DNA from: Psilocybe cubensis
Taxonomy: Eukaryota
Direction: 5' to 3'
Assembly: GCA_017499595.2 (NCBI GenBank)
Contig: CM039001.1
Location: 1,364,001-1,428,000 of the forward strand
Length of the DNA stretch: 64,000 bases
A program made the translations under genes and the position numbers. Of this stretch, positions 13,956 through 26,169 are shown piece after piece (position 1 is the stretch's first letter; every line of letters starts with the position of its first letter). The notes beneath the pieces were generated by a model. The model worked only from the letters and a program-made list of their open reading frames with translations. It was not told where the DNA came from and made no database searches.

Positions 13956-14353
13956 TTTTGCAACATATACCCACATTTCTTTTTAGTCATTCTCTTACTC
14001 TACTCATCCAATTGTTAGGAACGGCTACGTATATCCACAACTATGTATTTACACTTACAGCATTTGTCATATTGGTATATAGACGAAACTATGCTTACAC
14101 ATCTTATCTTTACCGCACAGGGCTTGTAGTTTAGGATACATCTGTATAACGCCTATCACTTCCATGTTGCACCGACCCACCTCAAAATAACCAAGGAGGA
14201 TTGCAACGTGAGACTTTATTTTAACATTAAATCAGTTGTATTGACGGCTTCTAGGTATACCTCCAGACAAATTTAGAATATTCTAGGTTGATTGTAATTC
14301 AGGTAATCCTGGATCCCTCCTCGAGCCCGTCATCCCCTTGGAGTACTAGGAAA

Positions 14354-15959
14354 TTAGAGGCTGCCCTCAGCCATCTTCGCCTTGTAGTAACGAACCATCT
14401 CTTCAAGACCCATGCGGACAGTCCATCTCGGTTGCCACTGCAGGCTCTCCTTAGCCCTGGTTGTGTCGGGTCTACGCATCTTAGGGTCATCGATAGGCAT
14501 ATCCTTGTAGACAATCTGGACGCGGCGTGTTGGTTTATCACCGTCCTCAGCCTGGACCTTCTCCACAATTTCACGAACAAGCTCAGCAAATTCACCAATG
14601 GTGAATTCGTCGCCATTGCCAATGTTGACGGGACGAGATTCGTCAGAGTTCATGAGAGCAATGAGACCGTCGATCAGATCGTGCACGTATTGGAAAGAAC
14701 GGGATTGTTTGCCGTCGCCGTAGACAGTCATGTCTTCGCCCTTGAGGGCCTGAACGATGAAGTTGGAGACAACACGGCCATCATAGGGGTTCACTAGGTG
14801 GAGCGAGGCCAATGTTAGAATATTAATTTCACTAGAAGAATGTCATAACGTACTTCTGGGTCCGTAAGTATTGAAAATGCGCGCAACACGGACATCAACG
14901 CCATCTTGTCGTTGGAAACCGTATGTTAGGGTTTCAGCGACACGCTTTCCCTCATCATAGCAAGCACGAGGGCCGATGGGGTTGACGTGACCCCAGCTGA
15001 GAGCCGATTAGCAAGACACCAGGCAAGCAAACATGAGTTGGCTTACTAGTCCTCTGGCTGAGGGTGAACCTCGGGGTCACCGTAGACCTCTAAATTAAAT
15101 CATTGATTAACATTGATTTCTGGTCATATTAACGGATGCAGAAATACCCGAAGTACTGCTGATAAGAAATCGGGCCTTGGTGCGCTTTGCAAGTCCGAGC
15201 ATGTTCAGGGTCCCCATAAAGGAGGTCTTGATGGTCTTGACAGCATTGAACTGGTAATGAGGAGGAGAGGCAGGGCAAGCGAGATGATAAATTTCTGGAT
15301 ATGTTTGTGAGACATAATGCAGGATTAGCTTGGAGAATGCTGCCTACGATCACACTCAATCATAAAGGGTTCCACAACGTCGTGGCGAACCATTTCAAAA
15401 TTAGGGTGGCCAATCCAATGGCTGACGGTGGTCTTGGAACCAGTGAAGAAATTGTCGAGGACAGTAACTTCATGTCCGAGAAGCATCAACCTGTCGACTA
15501 GATGGGAACCAACGAAGCCAGCACCACCGGTGACCAAAATGCGCTTGCGCTCCGATGGGGGAAGCAATTTGACTGGGGTGAAACGCGACAGAGTAGTATA
15601 TGAGATGGACTTTGTATCGGGATGGTAGATTGATTTTGACAGGTATGCATTTTTGCCATTGCTAGCATCGTCAACATCTGATGAGCTGGCCTCAGATGAA
15701 ACGGCGTAGTGGGGGCGCAGATAGAGGGAGCGCAGAACATCGATATCGACCTCACTGTCGAATCCGAAACGCTTGAAACCAACAGTGGTGATTTCGACGC
15801 CGTTTTTGTCAAGAGTGCGAATCTAGACCAACAGCGATGAGAAAAATGACACGACGTGGCGCGTGAAGATGGATATGTGAGAAACGCGCCGATAAAAGAC
15901 GTCCGGGAGATGGAGAAAAGGCAAACGCGAAGCAAGATACTCACCGGAGCGGCGGGCAT
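14354..15959 (-). CDS. UXS1: UDP-glucuronic acid decarboxylase (UDP-xylose synthase)
   Basis: First exon MPAAP|GTGAGT. Motifs: [28 protein letters not shown]...[60 protein letters not shown]. Confidence 0.96.
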
Positions 15960-16139
15960 TGTTGAGAGAAATTAGGGACAAGGAGGATGAAACGAGAAAT
16001 GAAAGGCGCTCCCGTCTTTATACAATCTGTGCGGCCAATCCAGCCCTCCAAAATGTATTCACCCCTTATGGTAATGGCGTTTGCCGATCATCAAAAAAGT
16101 ACAGGCACCATCTTTCGACACAAAAAATTATATCCTCTA

Positions 16140-17940
16140 ATGCCTCGCGCTACAAAATCCTCAGGAAAGTCGCGCCACGACCCCCTGCTCGTCCAGCTCG
16201 ACGAGGATGAGGCTCACGCTAGATACGGACGCATTTCTCAGCCAGGAAAGCGCAAAAAATCAGCTCGCTCGGCAGACCCAGACGACGACGACGCAGAGGT
16301 GCTTTCACATCTCCGTTTGAAGGGGTGTTGTATTGATCCTCCTATCAGGTTATCCTCGACCCTAAAACATCGCGGCGAATCTTCGAATTGGCAAAAGACC
16401 AACAAGATGAACTCGAAATGCCGGACGATGCAGATGTTGCGGAGGAGGACTTGGAAGATACAAGACAAGTCTTGTCCAAACCCCGAGCCCAGGTCGCTTT
16501 CGACGACGAAGACGACGATGATCATTTTGACGAAACTGGAGAGGAGATAGAGGTGGAATATGTGAGTTCCCAATCGATGAGTCGTCGATCTGCAACTTGA
16601 ATGGGTTCTCGAGGCAGGAAATAGATGCTGGAGATATGGAAACGCTAGACGCCCTTCTCCCCGCCAATGCTGGAGAACGTAAAACCTTGGCAGATCTTAT
16701 TTTTGCCAAATTGGACAGTGGAGAAGTGACTTCGACTGCTGCGATTCAAAAAGTTCATCAAGGTAGGTCTCGACATATCTACATTATTATTCAACTGAAC
16801 TTTTGCTTTCCAATTAGACCGAGAGGCGCCTGATCCTGCCGCTGGATTAAATCCAGCAGTCGTAGAGGCTTATACCAAGTATGCATCATTCGTTTGATCT
16901 TTGTATTTCTTCTCATTATCAAACAGAATTGGACTTCTTTTACGGGGATACAAATCTGGCCCCCTACCTAAACTTTTCAAAGTTATTCCTTCTCTCCCGG
17001 CTTGGGCGCGAATGCTCGCTCTCACACACCCTGAAAACTGGTCACCTCACGCCTGTTATGCTGCCACAAAAATCTTTATTTCCAATATGAAACCCGCTCA
17101 GGCACAACTGTTTCTCGGAGTGGTTCTGTTGGATGCTGTCAGAGAGGATATCCGAGAGAACAAAAAAATGAACGTGCATTATTACCAAGCTTTAAAAAAA
17201 TCAATGTACAAACCTGGTGCTTTCTTTAAAGGAATTATCTTTCCCCTACTTGACGTGAGCCTTACCCTGTTTTACGATCTGAACTTGACTCTTGCTCATG
17301 GTTTTCATTTGCAGCAAGGTTGTACGTTAAAGGAGGCCACAATTATTGCCTCTATCCTTGCCAGGACAAAGGTTCCCGTCTTGCATGCCTCTGCTGCTCT
17401 TCTACGCATCGCAGAAATGGATTACACCGGTAAGTTTCGCAAATATCATCAGAAGCAATGCATTTAAGTGATACCTGTTTCTTTTTCTCAAGGCCCTAAT
17501 TCCCTATTCATCCGCGTGTTGATCGATAAAAAGTTCGAGCTTCCCTATAAAGTGGTGGACGCTCTCGTGTTCCACTTTATCCGATTGTCAAACTCGTACA
17601 AAGCCAAAACACGAGGGGACGCTCAAAAGCTCCCCGTTTTGTGGCATCAAAGTCTACTAGTATTCGCTCAAAGGTGCGTGCTGCTGTTCAACCATTTCAA
17701 GTTAAATTATTTACGAAATTCCTGTCTGCCAATCTTTTGCTTCGTTTTGAATGTGTTCTTTGCGTAAAATCCCGTAGATATGCTTCTGACCTGACGCCGG
17801 ACCAAAAGGATGCCTTGCTAGACGTTATTCGAGCAACACCCCACCCTCAAATCAGCCCTGAAATTAGACGTGAATTGGTCAACTCTGTAGTAAGAGGAGC
17901 GCCAAGAGTCGATCAGGACCAGGATGTGGTGATGTCTTGA
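16140..17940 (+). CDS. ENP1: Bystin, 40S biogenesis factor
   Basis: Motifs: [19 protein letters not shown]...[63 protein letters not shown]. Confidence 0.96.
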
Positions 17941-18283
17941 TCATAGCACTTTTTTGTACAGTATCCGCCACTATTACACCATGTCTGTGTCCGTATTTGA
18001 CACATTTGCTATCTTTTTCTATCAGTTGTTTGCTGCAGGAGTTATTGTGTCATATCGCCCTCACCTTTCTGTCTGAGAACTGCCTTTTTTTGGAATCTAT
18101 TTTTTTCACCGGACACATCAGGGCGACACTAACCGTGTCACCCTTTTTATATTTCTTTTTCCCCAGACTCTCAAGCACCATGCGCTTCTGCCTCATCGAC
18201 GTGACTGACATTTCAGTCATGTATTGTTATGGGGTTTTCGTGCAAGTCATCTTTTATCGGTCAGCGACGTCCACCACGGCGCA

Positions 18284-19691
18284 ATGAACACCTTCTCGAG
18301 GTTTATCCCCAGTTTTGCTAGTCCGCCATCAGCATCTTCCAATGCCCAACTTCGACATGGAAAACCGCAACAACAGTTCGATCACCTTGCTCGAATCAAC
18401 ACAGATGACCATGTGAATGCTGAGTTTGCGGGGCAATGGGATGCGGATGAGTGCGAAGATGAGCTTCTGGGCCTACAACGCGTCATGGCAGATGCTCAGA
18501 ACCCAAGACGGCCTGTTATTGGTACGCGTTTACCGACAAACCCGCGTCATTTCGTTCTGATAAGCGTCTAACAATCTACTCTTAATGGCTCTGACCATTG
18601 CCAGGATCCTGGATGATGTTCCCTGGAGCGAACCTGGCAAGGATGGTAGCACAGTTAGGGTATGATGTGAGTTTAGACCAACGCACGAAACACTTCTGTA
18701 TGTTTAATACCTGTCCCTATAGTTTATACTAGTGGATTGTGAACACGGAAACATCGACGACGCGGCGATGCACGCATCTGTAGGCGCCATAGCCGGTGAA
18801 GGCGTCTCTCCTCTCGTCCGCATTCCCAAGCTTGACGTTGGGACCGTCAAGCGCGCCTTGGACTGTGGAGGTGAGATCTTACCTCTCTTACTTGAACTCA
18901 TACCCGCACGATGGATGAACATTGGCATTAATGTCTCACTTGTTACGGCTAGCCCATGGCATACTCTGCCCATCCATATCGACAGTCGATGATGCTCGTG
19001 CTTTAGTATCCTACTCCAAGTTCCCAGCAACGACCAAGCCATTAACAAATCAAAGCTCAAAAAAGCTGTTATCGGGTATTCGAGGTGTTGGCTCTCCTTT
19101 CGCGCCCTCTGTATTTCGGCAGAGCCTCGCAGAGTATATACGCACTGCAAATCGTAACACGTTCATTGCTATTCAAATTGAAACAACCGAGGGCCTTTCT
19201 AACTGCGAGGAAATCGCAAAAGTCGATGGGATTGGTATGTATGATGATCCTGCTTACCTGAATACTCATATTTAATTCCATCGACTTGAAGACATGCTTT
19301 TCATAGGGTTTGTCTCAAAGTCTTAAAAAACTCCCAAGTCACTGATCACCAAACAAACAGTCCGAATGATTTGGCATCATCGATGGGATATCCGCCTCTC
19401 TCACACGAATCCATCCCCGAAGTTCAAGAAGCTATCGAGCGCATCCTCGCTGCTGCCCACAAAGCAGGTAAGTATGCAGGGATGTTCTGTACACAGGCAG
19501 AACATGTGAGGAGGCGGTATGCACAAGGATGTGAGTGTTTTATGTCTCTCTTTTAGTAAGCTAACCTGTATGTAGTCGATTTGATGAATCTGGGAGGAGA
19601 TGTTGTTGCTTTGATGGAATGGAACAACGAGCAGCTTGCTAGGCTAGATGATATCACTGGAAAGAAATCCACAAGCGCGATGTATTATTAA
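18284..19691 (+). CDS. HpcH/HpaI aldolase (pyruvate/PEP-kinase-like fold)
   Basis: Motifs: LGYD|FILVDCEHGNIDD; SPLVRIP...KRALDCGAHGI; IRGVG; IAIQIETTEGLSNCEEIAKVDGI|DMLFIG|PNDL. The start codon is uncertain because of a long N-terminal extension. Confidence 0.9.
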
Positions 19692-19805
19692 CATCGTAAT
19701 TCGAGAAAATTGACGTTGCGCTGCAATGAAAATTTAGTGGTCAAATCGGTAGCACAACTGGAAAAATACATGATGAACCGCTTCAATGATTTTTTTATCA
19801 TTTTA

Positions 19806-21341
19806 CTACTCTTGGGAGATTGGTTGTAATCCCCAGTCAGGTCCAAGCATCTCGTTACTCTTCCCGTTGGTTTCATCCACAAGCATCGCCGCACTTTCGG
19901 CACCAGCGACAGGCAACCGCAGGAGTTGTGTCTGGCCTGGAATAGTAGCTCCTATACCACCAGTAGCAATGGGGAAAGGAAGGTGGGACGGCAATATTCC
20001 TGCCTGACTGAGCACGGTGGCTTGGTCCCACCAAATATGTTCTATGATAGTCGCCATAAGTGTTCGAACTGTAAATAGGACTAAGAGAATGGAAGGAAGC
20101 TACCATTGTATAGACGATCACCGCGAATGTTGACGACAGCTAGCATAGGTACAGCGAGCTTCTTTCCGGTGGGTGGTACTCCGGGGAGGAGCCAGTCGAC
20201 AGCCCGATTATGGGTAAGGTGGTATACGAATTCGTCTACATATAGAGATTAGAGGTGGGTTGAAGAAGAGGATAATGTGATCATGCCTATTACACGGTCG
20301 GGACCGACTGTGCGAGAAACAACTTGAAGCTCGGCATCATCAGGATTACTATAGATTCGATTAGTTCGTGTTTTGAGGGAAATAAAATAGACATAAGCAC
20401 GAAAAGATGAAATGGTCTCTATAGAAAGCCGTCAAAGCTTCGCGTCCTACTCCCCCTGTCATCTGAAAAACAGTAAGCAACTGTTATGCAATATTGCTGT
20501 AATGAAGGGCTGACCGTTGGAATATGGTTAACATATGGTTCAGCCTAACATATTGAATTGGGAAATGTATCAGCATGCGCGGAATAAGAACTACTTACCA
20601 CCATGGTAGCCATAGTTTTCTCAACACTTCTATCCACGAATTCGAAGAGCGTGTGTTCCTCCCATATGGCTTCCAGGTCAAAGAATGGTCCTCCGATGTG
20701 TTTCTTAATGAAAGCAAGTGTGCGACTATGAGCGAGAGACGCATTGCTTGGGTCGTAAGTAGGTGATTGTGGTAGAACAAACTGAGTAGAAGTTGTGCGA
20801 TAAGAGTATTGTGTAGTCACTTCTGACGGAGGATTCCGAGGCCTTGGGGCGTTTGAAGTTAAGTGGAGAATAATGGGAATCGTACAAGCTGTAGATGGGA
20901 AGGAACCATATCCTGTGAAAGATACGATTCTAGGGTCCTTGGATACTGCCTCAGATACTTCATAGATAAGACTGGAATCGTATACTGCGAGATGATGAGT
21001 ATAAGAAGATCAAGAACTGGCAAGACAGATGTCGCACCAATGACAGCGAATTTGTCCTTAACATCAACCTCATCCAAAGCCACAAGCGCTTCCAGTGCAA
21101 GGGTAAGAGATTTCTCGATTTCAGAATTCTCTGAGGAGGTGATTGCAGCCACTGCAAACCCCTCTTCTGCCCACTTGAGTACAGGCTCAGGGTCTAGGGG
21201 CTTGCTTACCCCGGGCGCAAAATTGACATCTGGTATAAAAAGAACGAGCCCAGGACCAGTGCCTCTACGAGATAGTGGAGGCTGCAGGCAGATAGTCGGG
21301 GTGAGTGCCACTCTGGGTGCAGATGGAAGAGTCTCAGTCAT
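19806..21341 (-). CDS. Dienelactone-hydrolase-like domain fused to a SnoaL/NTF2-like domain
   Basis: N-terminal LQPPLSRRGTGPGLVL...LDPEPVLKWAEEGFAV. C-terminal FDLEAIWEEHTLFEF..RSVEKTMATMV|AEPYVNHIPT|MTGG..FYRDHFIF..VSRTVGPDRV..DWLLPGVPPTGK..EHIWWDQA. Confidence 0.85.
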
Positions 21342-21928
21342 CGTTGTGGAACTAACAAATCCAAGGCGTGCAATCGGCGGCGATCATCATCAAAACATAT
21401 ACCCGGATTGGGAAAGTCCTTTCCTATTATGGAAAGCTTCGGGTCACTAAATACCATACGACTGGAAATATCTTCAAAGGTAACTTAGAATAGACTGTTA
21501 CAGCCGACTGGATTATATTCTACTTGACTCCTCATCATCAAGCTTTGGACTGGAGCCCCAAGGAATTAGTACTGGGAGACCAAGTCACGACGCACGTGCA
21601 CACTTAAAAACGGAGCTTCAACCACACCGGGAATATCCGGGGGACATGGTGCCTTTTTCAAACGAGTGATCAAGCCATCCACCTTTCCTCTAACAATACC
21701 TATCATTCATCGTTTCGAATAGTGGTTGGTTTCCCTGGCCACCATTCAAACCATATTCTGCCACCATGCTAGACTAAATGCCCTGTACTGTTGGAAAATA
21801 AATGAGAGGTAACGCCAATTTTGACAATTGAGTTCAGTCCAGATTTATTTCGTCCTTTTAACTTGGAAAGCATTTGTATTTATTAACCCCAAATTAACCC
21901 ATCATACTCATCGCAACTATCCAAACGC

Positions 21929-22717
21929 CTAGTGCCTTTTTCCTGCGACACGTTTTGCGGGTTTGGACGGGGCTACCGCCTTGTGCTGAACGGGATTTTG
22001 TTTTGCAGCGGCAGGGCGTTGACTTAACTTCGGTTTGGTGGCGGCAGAGTGGTGAACTGTCTTTGATTTAGCATTTTCAGGGTGTTGAACGGTCTTTGGT
22101 TTGGCGCTGGAAGCATGGTGAACAGTCTTTGGGTTGGCGCCGGCAGCGTGGTGGACAGTCTTCCGTTTGGCAGCCTCAGCATGATGAACAACCTTCCGTT
22201 TGGCGGCCACAGTGTGGTGAACAGTTTTTGGTTTGGCAGCCGCAGCATGGTGAACTGACTTGCCTTGGACCCGTTTGTGCCCGCTGTGCAAGACTTTACC
22301 AATTGGCTTCTTGGATGCTGCGTGAGCGCTGGCGTGTGATGCTTTACCAGTTGTTTTCTTCAATGTGGAATGGGTGCCTACGCGTGCGGGCTTATGAGGA
22401 ACAGTCTTTCTTGACACAGCGTGTATACCAGCGTGGTGGACCTTCTTCGACGATGCAGAATGGCCTCCGGTGTGTGTAGCCTTTGTAGCAGCAGCCTTCT
22501 TCGCTGCATTAACCTTGATCAGTTTCTTAACGCCTCCGTGGAGGGGGCTCTTCTTCCTAGTAACTTTGTGGACTCCCTTTGCTTTGCCGCCAGTCTTAGC
22601 AGCGTGGAGAGGCCTTTTAGTTGTTGCGGATTTCTGTGCACTGTTCCTTTCAAGGTGTTTGGCGCCGGCGCTAGTTTTGTGATCGGCAGCTGCATTCTTT
22701 GGTTTTGCCTTCGGCTC
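21929..22717 (-). CDS. Highly basic Lys/Ala/His-rich repeat protein, histone H1-tail-like (start codon unresolved)
   Basis: Stop-free frame of 262 codons, 22717->21929: EPKAKPKNAAADHKTSAGAKH...KKSPLHGGVKKLIKVNAAKKAAATKATH...KTVHHAAAAKP repeats...KRVAGKRH*. There is no in-frame ATG. Confidence 0.65.
   Translation of the reverse strand, partial: EPKAKPKNAAADHKTSAGAKHLERNSAQKSATTKRPLHAAKTGGKAKGVHKVTRKKSPLHGGVKKLIKVNAAKKAAATKATHTGGHSASSKKVHHAGIHAVSRKTVPHKPARVGTHSTLKKTTGKASHASAHAASKKPIGKVLHSGHKRVQGKSVHHAAAAKPKTVHHTVAAKRKVVHHAEAAKRKTVHHAAGANPKTVHHASSAKPKTVQHPENAKSKTVHHSAATKPKLSQRPAAAKQNPVQHKAVAPSKPAKRVAGKRH
21975..22270. repeat. Coding minisatellite, ~9 degenerate copies of a 33-bp unit
   Basis: A unit like gcatggtgaacagtctttggtttggcagccgca recurs every 33 bp and encodes KTVHHxxAAKP-type 11-mers on the minus strand. 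Confidence 0.85.
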
Positions 22718-24166
22718 TTAGGCACATGCATGAGCTGCACGGCAAAGAAGTTCAGATCGCTGAAAGATGCTAGTGAGCTAGTGTTGTGGAATGGACATCA
22801 AGGTGTCGGGTTCTAAAGGCGGCCTGTTGTAGCACAGAATTGGAGCGGTGTTTAATTTAGGGCGCTCCAATTGCGGAGATCCCGGCTATGTCACTTTGTA
22901 CGCATTATATTTAAAGTAGAGCTTATTAACTCAATGTTGCGCACAGAAATTCTCAATCTGATAAATAAAATAGTACGGCTTTTCTCTGATAGGCTTCCCA
23001 CAAAGTAAGCCTCTTTCGAAGGTGGTGAGTGACCTTCAGCCAGAGTAAAGTTACCAGATATTGATTGTGTGTCGAATAATTCGGTGAGGCAAATTGAGTC
23101 CTTAGGACTGTGCAAGGGGTGCGCTTCAATTATACCTATTGTTGTACACTATTCAGCTGTTGATTAAGTATGAACTTGGGTGCGTGGACATTTCGACAGA
23201 CTACGTCACAGAAATGGTATACCGGTAGTAGGGTTTTCCTATAGATGCACGTTAAACAAATTTTATGAGTTTTTTTCTTAACAGATTCAAACATTCTTTA
23301 TTCAAACAATCAGTGTTCTGGACACTACTCTTTAAAGATCACACCGTCATAACAAACCATCGAGTGTGCTGGACCATTATCTGGCACTTGAGGGTGACAA
23401 ATTGTATAGATTTACATCGTGATAAATGTGCCAAAGTGCGACATTTGCCCAAAGAACCCAGGTTATCTTGCCAAGTACAATGTCACGCAAGTAGTGATAG
23501 GCGCCCATGACAAAGAAATCAGTGTTCGGGTATGGCGGCCTCAAGATAAGGGGTAGCATAATATGAATCCCGTCGTCGATGTCCGTTTAATCATCGTGCA
23601 CAAAAAGACATAGGATAATTCCAAAGTGTAAAACTGAACAGTAGCTCTCTGACTTTGGGAATTCTGGTTTTCGCTTCCTGGGCAAGTGTGAGGGCTTTCT
23701 ATGAAATGGAGCAGTCATTCGTAGGAATTCCCATGACAGCCGTTCGTAGATAGCATCGAGAGTTCCTACACGCATAGAGCAGGAGAAACTTTGCCAAGCC
23801 ATTACTTTGAAACTGGAGGTAGAACTGCTTTAAATGCCCAGATGCCAGCTGGCTGGTCAGATTCAGTAGCCTTACAAGGAATGGAGTGACAGCAATGAGC
23901 ACCAATAAATTGTAGATGACAGGAGTGGTGAAAAATATGCGTGTATAACAGTGTAAACACGGCACGAACGCGAGAACAAGTGAAGGAATGTGCCATCATC
24001 AAGAGATTTCCACTTTGGGAAGCTCAATTTCCATTCGGGGGCGTGGGCAAATAACTATACAGTACCTACAGCCACAGATTCGGGAGTTGCCGGGCAGCGA
24101 AGGCGATGTACTACCGAAAGTTGGAGTGGTCCTCACCAACATACCCGTCGACCTCAAGACCGCAAG

Positions 24167-25689
24167 ATGAGGTGAGCTCGCTGTCGTTGATGTTGAAATC
24201 AGGGCTGATTTGCTGATATTCTGAATAGTCACCGTAAGGTTCGTTGGAGATGCTGTTTTGTGGCTTAGGGAATGTTGGTCTTGATGAAATGCTCTTTTTC
24301 TGTTCAGTTCGAAGCTCCCCGTCACGGTTCTTTGGGTTTCCTCCCAAGAAAGCGTGCCGCTCGCCATCGCGGTAAGGTCAAGTCTTTCCCCAAGGTCCGT
24401 CTTTTTCTCCATCTTGCAATGTCATTAGGTTCTTAAATTGCCCCGCAGGATGACCCCAAAAAGCCCGTGCACTTGACTGCCATGATGGGTTACAAGGCTG
24501 GAATGACCCACGTTGTCCGTGACCTTGACCGCCCTGGATCCAGTGTGTATATTCCGTGGTTGAACAGGATAATCAGTGCTTATTCACATTTTCCGTAATT
24601 AGAGATGCACAAACGTGAGGTCGTCGAGGCCGTCACTGTTATTGAGACTCCCCCCATGATTGTCGTCGGTGTCGTTGGCTACGTCGAGACCCCTCGCGGA
24701 CTCCGCACCCTCACCACCGTCTGGGCTTCCCATCTTTCCGACGAGGTCAAGCGTCGATTCTACAAGAACTGGTACCGCTCGAAGAAGAAGGCTTTCACCC
24801 GCTATGCCAAGAAGCATGCTGAGGACAGCGGCAAGAGCGTCGCCCGCGAGCTTGAGCGCATCCGGAAGTACTGCACTGTTGTCCGTGTCCTTGCACACAC
24901 CCAGATTCGCAAGACCGGTCTCCAGCAGAAGAAGGCCCACTTGATGGAGATCCAGCTCAACGGTGGATCCATCGCCGACAAGGTCGAATATGCTCAGGGT
25001 CTCTTTGAGAAGCCCGTCGAGGTTTCCTCCGTCTTCGAGCAGGACGAGAACATCGATGTCATTGCTGTCACCAAGGGTCACGGATTCGAGGGTGTTACTC
25101 ACCGTTGGGGTACCAAGAAGCTTCCTCGCAAGACTCACAAGGGTCTCCGCAAGGTTGGTTGTATCGGAGCATGGCATCCTTCCAAGGTCATGTTCTCCGT
25201 TGCCCGTGCTGGTCAAAGTGCGTATTCCACCATCTCCATATATAAAATCTGTTGTTAAATTTGATACTCTTTTTAGACGGATACCATCACCGTACTGAGC
25301 TCAACAAGAAGATTTACCGCATTGGTTCCGGATCTGACGATGCCAACGCGTCGACCGAGTCTGATATCACCAAGAAGGTCATCACCCCCATGGGTGGCTT
25401 CCCCCACTATGGTGTTGTTAAGAACGACTTCCTCATCCTCAAGGGATGTGTTCCTGGAACCAAGAAGCGTGTCATCACCCTCCGCAAGTCGCTCATGGTC
25501 CACACCTCCCGCCGTGACTTGGAGAAGGTGCAGCTCAAGTTCATCGATACTTCCTCCAAATTCGGCGTATGTGTTGTCCTATTTTATTCATTTGATACAT
25601 CCACTAATGGTGCCTCTGTATAGCACGGTTCTTTCCAAACCTTCGAAGAAAAGGCTGCGTTCCTCGGAACGCTCAAGGCCCGTGCTTGA
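24167..25689 (+). CDS. RPL3: 60S ribosomal protein L3 (uL3)
   Basis: ATGAG | TCACCGTAAG | TTCGAAGCT gives [21 protein letters not shown]. Other motifs: [47 protein letters not shown]. Confidence 0.99.
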
Positions 25690-26169
25690 TCGTTTTGCAT
25701 TTTTTTACCTACCTAGTCGCTTTTTTTGTTGTATATGCTACATACCGCATCCACCCACCCACAGACCATGAAATCTGTTTCAAGATTTCAATCAACTGAT
25801 TCAAAAACACACAAATACTCTTGAGTGAATTGAGTAATGAGTGAGCGAAAATAATAAGACAGGAAGCAATTCCGGATTGCAGCAATTCGATTGGATCATT
25901 AACCGTGGGAAGTATTTCTGCAATAGTCAATATTTTCGACGCTCGCCAGTGACCGTGTAAAAAGTATTGAGGTCAACAAGTCCGAAGAGTAAGCTTTGTC
26001 TCTTTCGTACTGGCATTGTGCGCGTCGTTTATAGACGTTCCGTTTGTGGTTGGTGGGTTGCAGATTGCGGTACGTTAGTGAGCCTGGCTGAGTATCCAGC
26101 AATCCATTATTGTTTTCACTTGCTCATGGGCAAATTTTTTCAACCATAGGATGACTGCTTGTCTTTTTG

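Noticed and set aside
15676..15710. CTGATGA...GAAAC hammerhead-like core
   Set aside because: No stem II can form, and it lies antisense within the UXS1 coding exon.
23250..24000. Hydrophobic minus-strand ORF fragments upstream of RPL3
   Set aside because: I could not splice them into a coherent gene. They may be a relic, but this is unsupported.
25130..25190. RPL3 peptidyl-transferase region checked for a toxin self-resistance change
   Set aside because: The Trp of GAWHP is intact, and there is no adjacent toxin cluster.
24599..25216. 205-aa antisense ORF opposite RPL3 (similar ones lie opposite RGS, UXS1 and HEM12)
   Set aside because: Shadow ORFs are expected from the strong codon bias of the sense genes, and they have no independent protein features.
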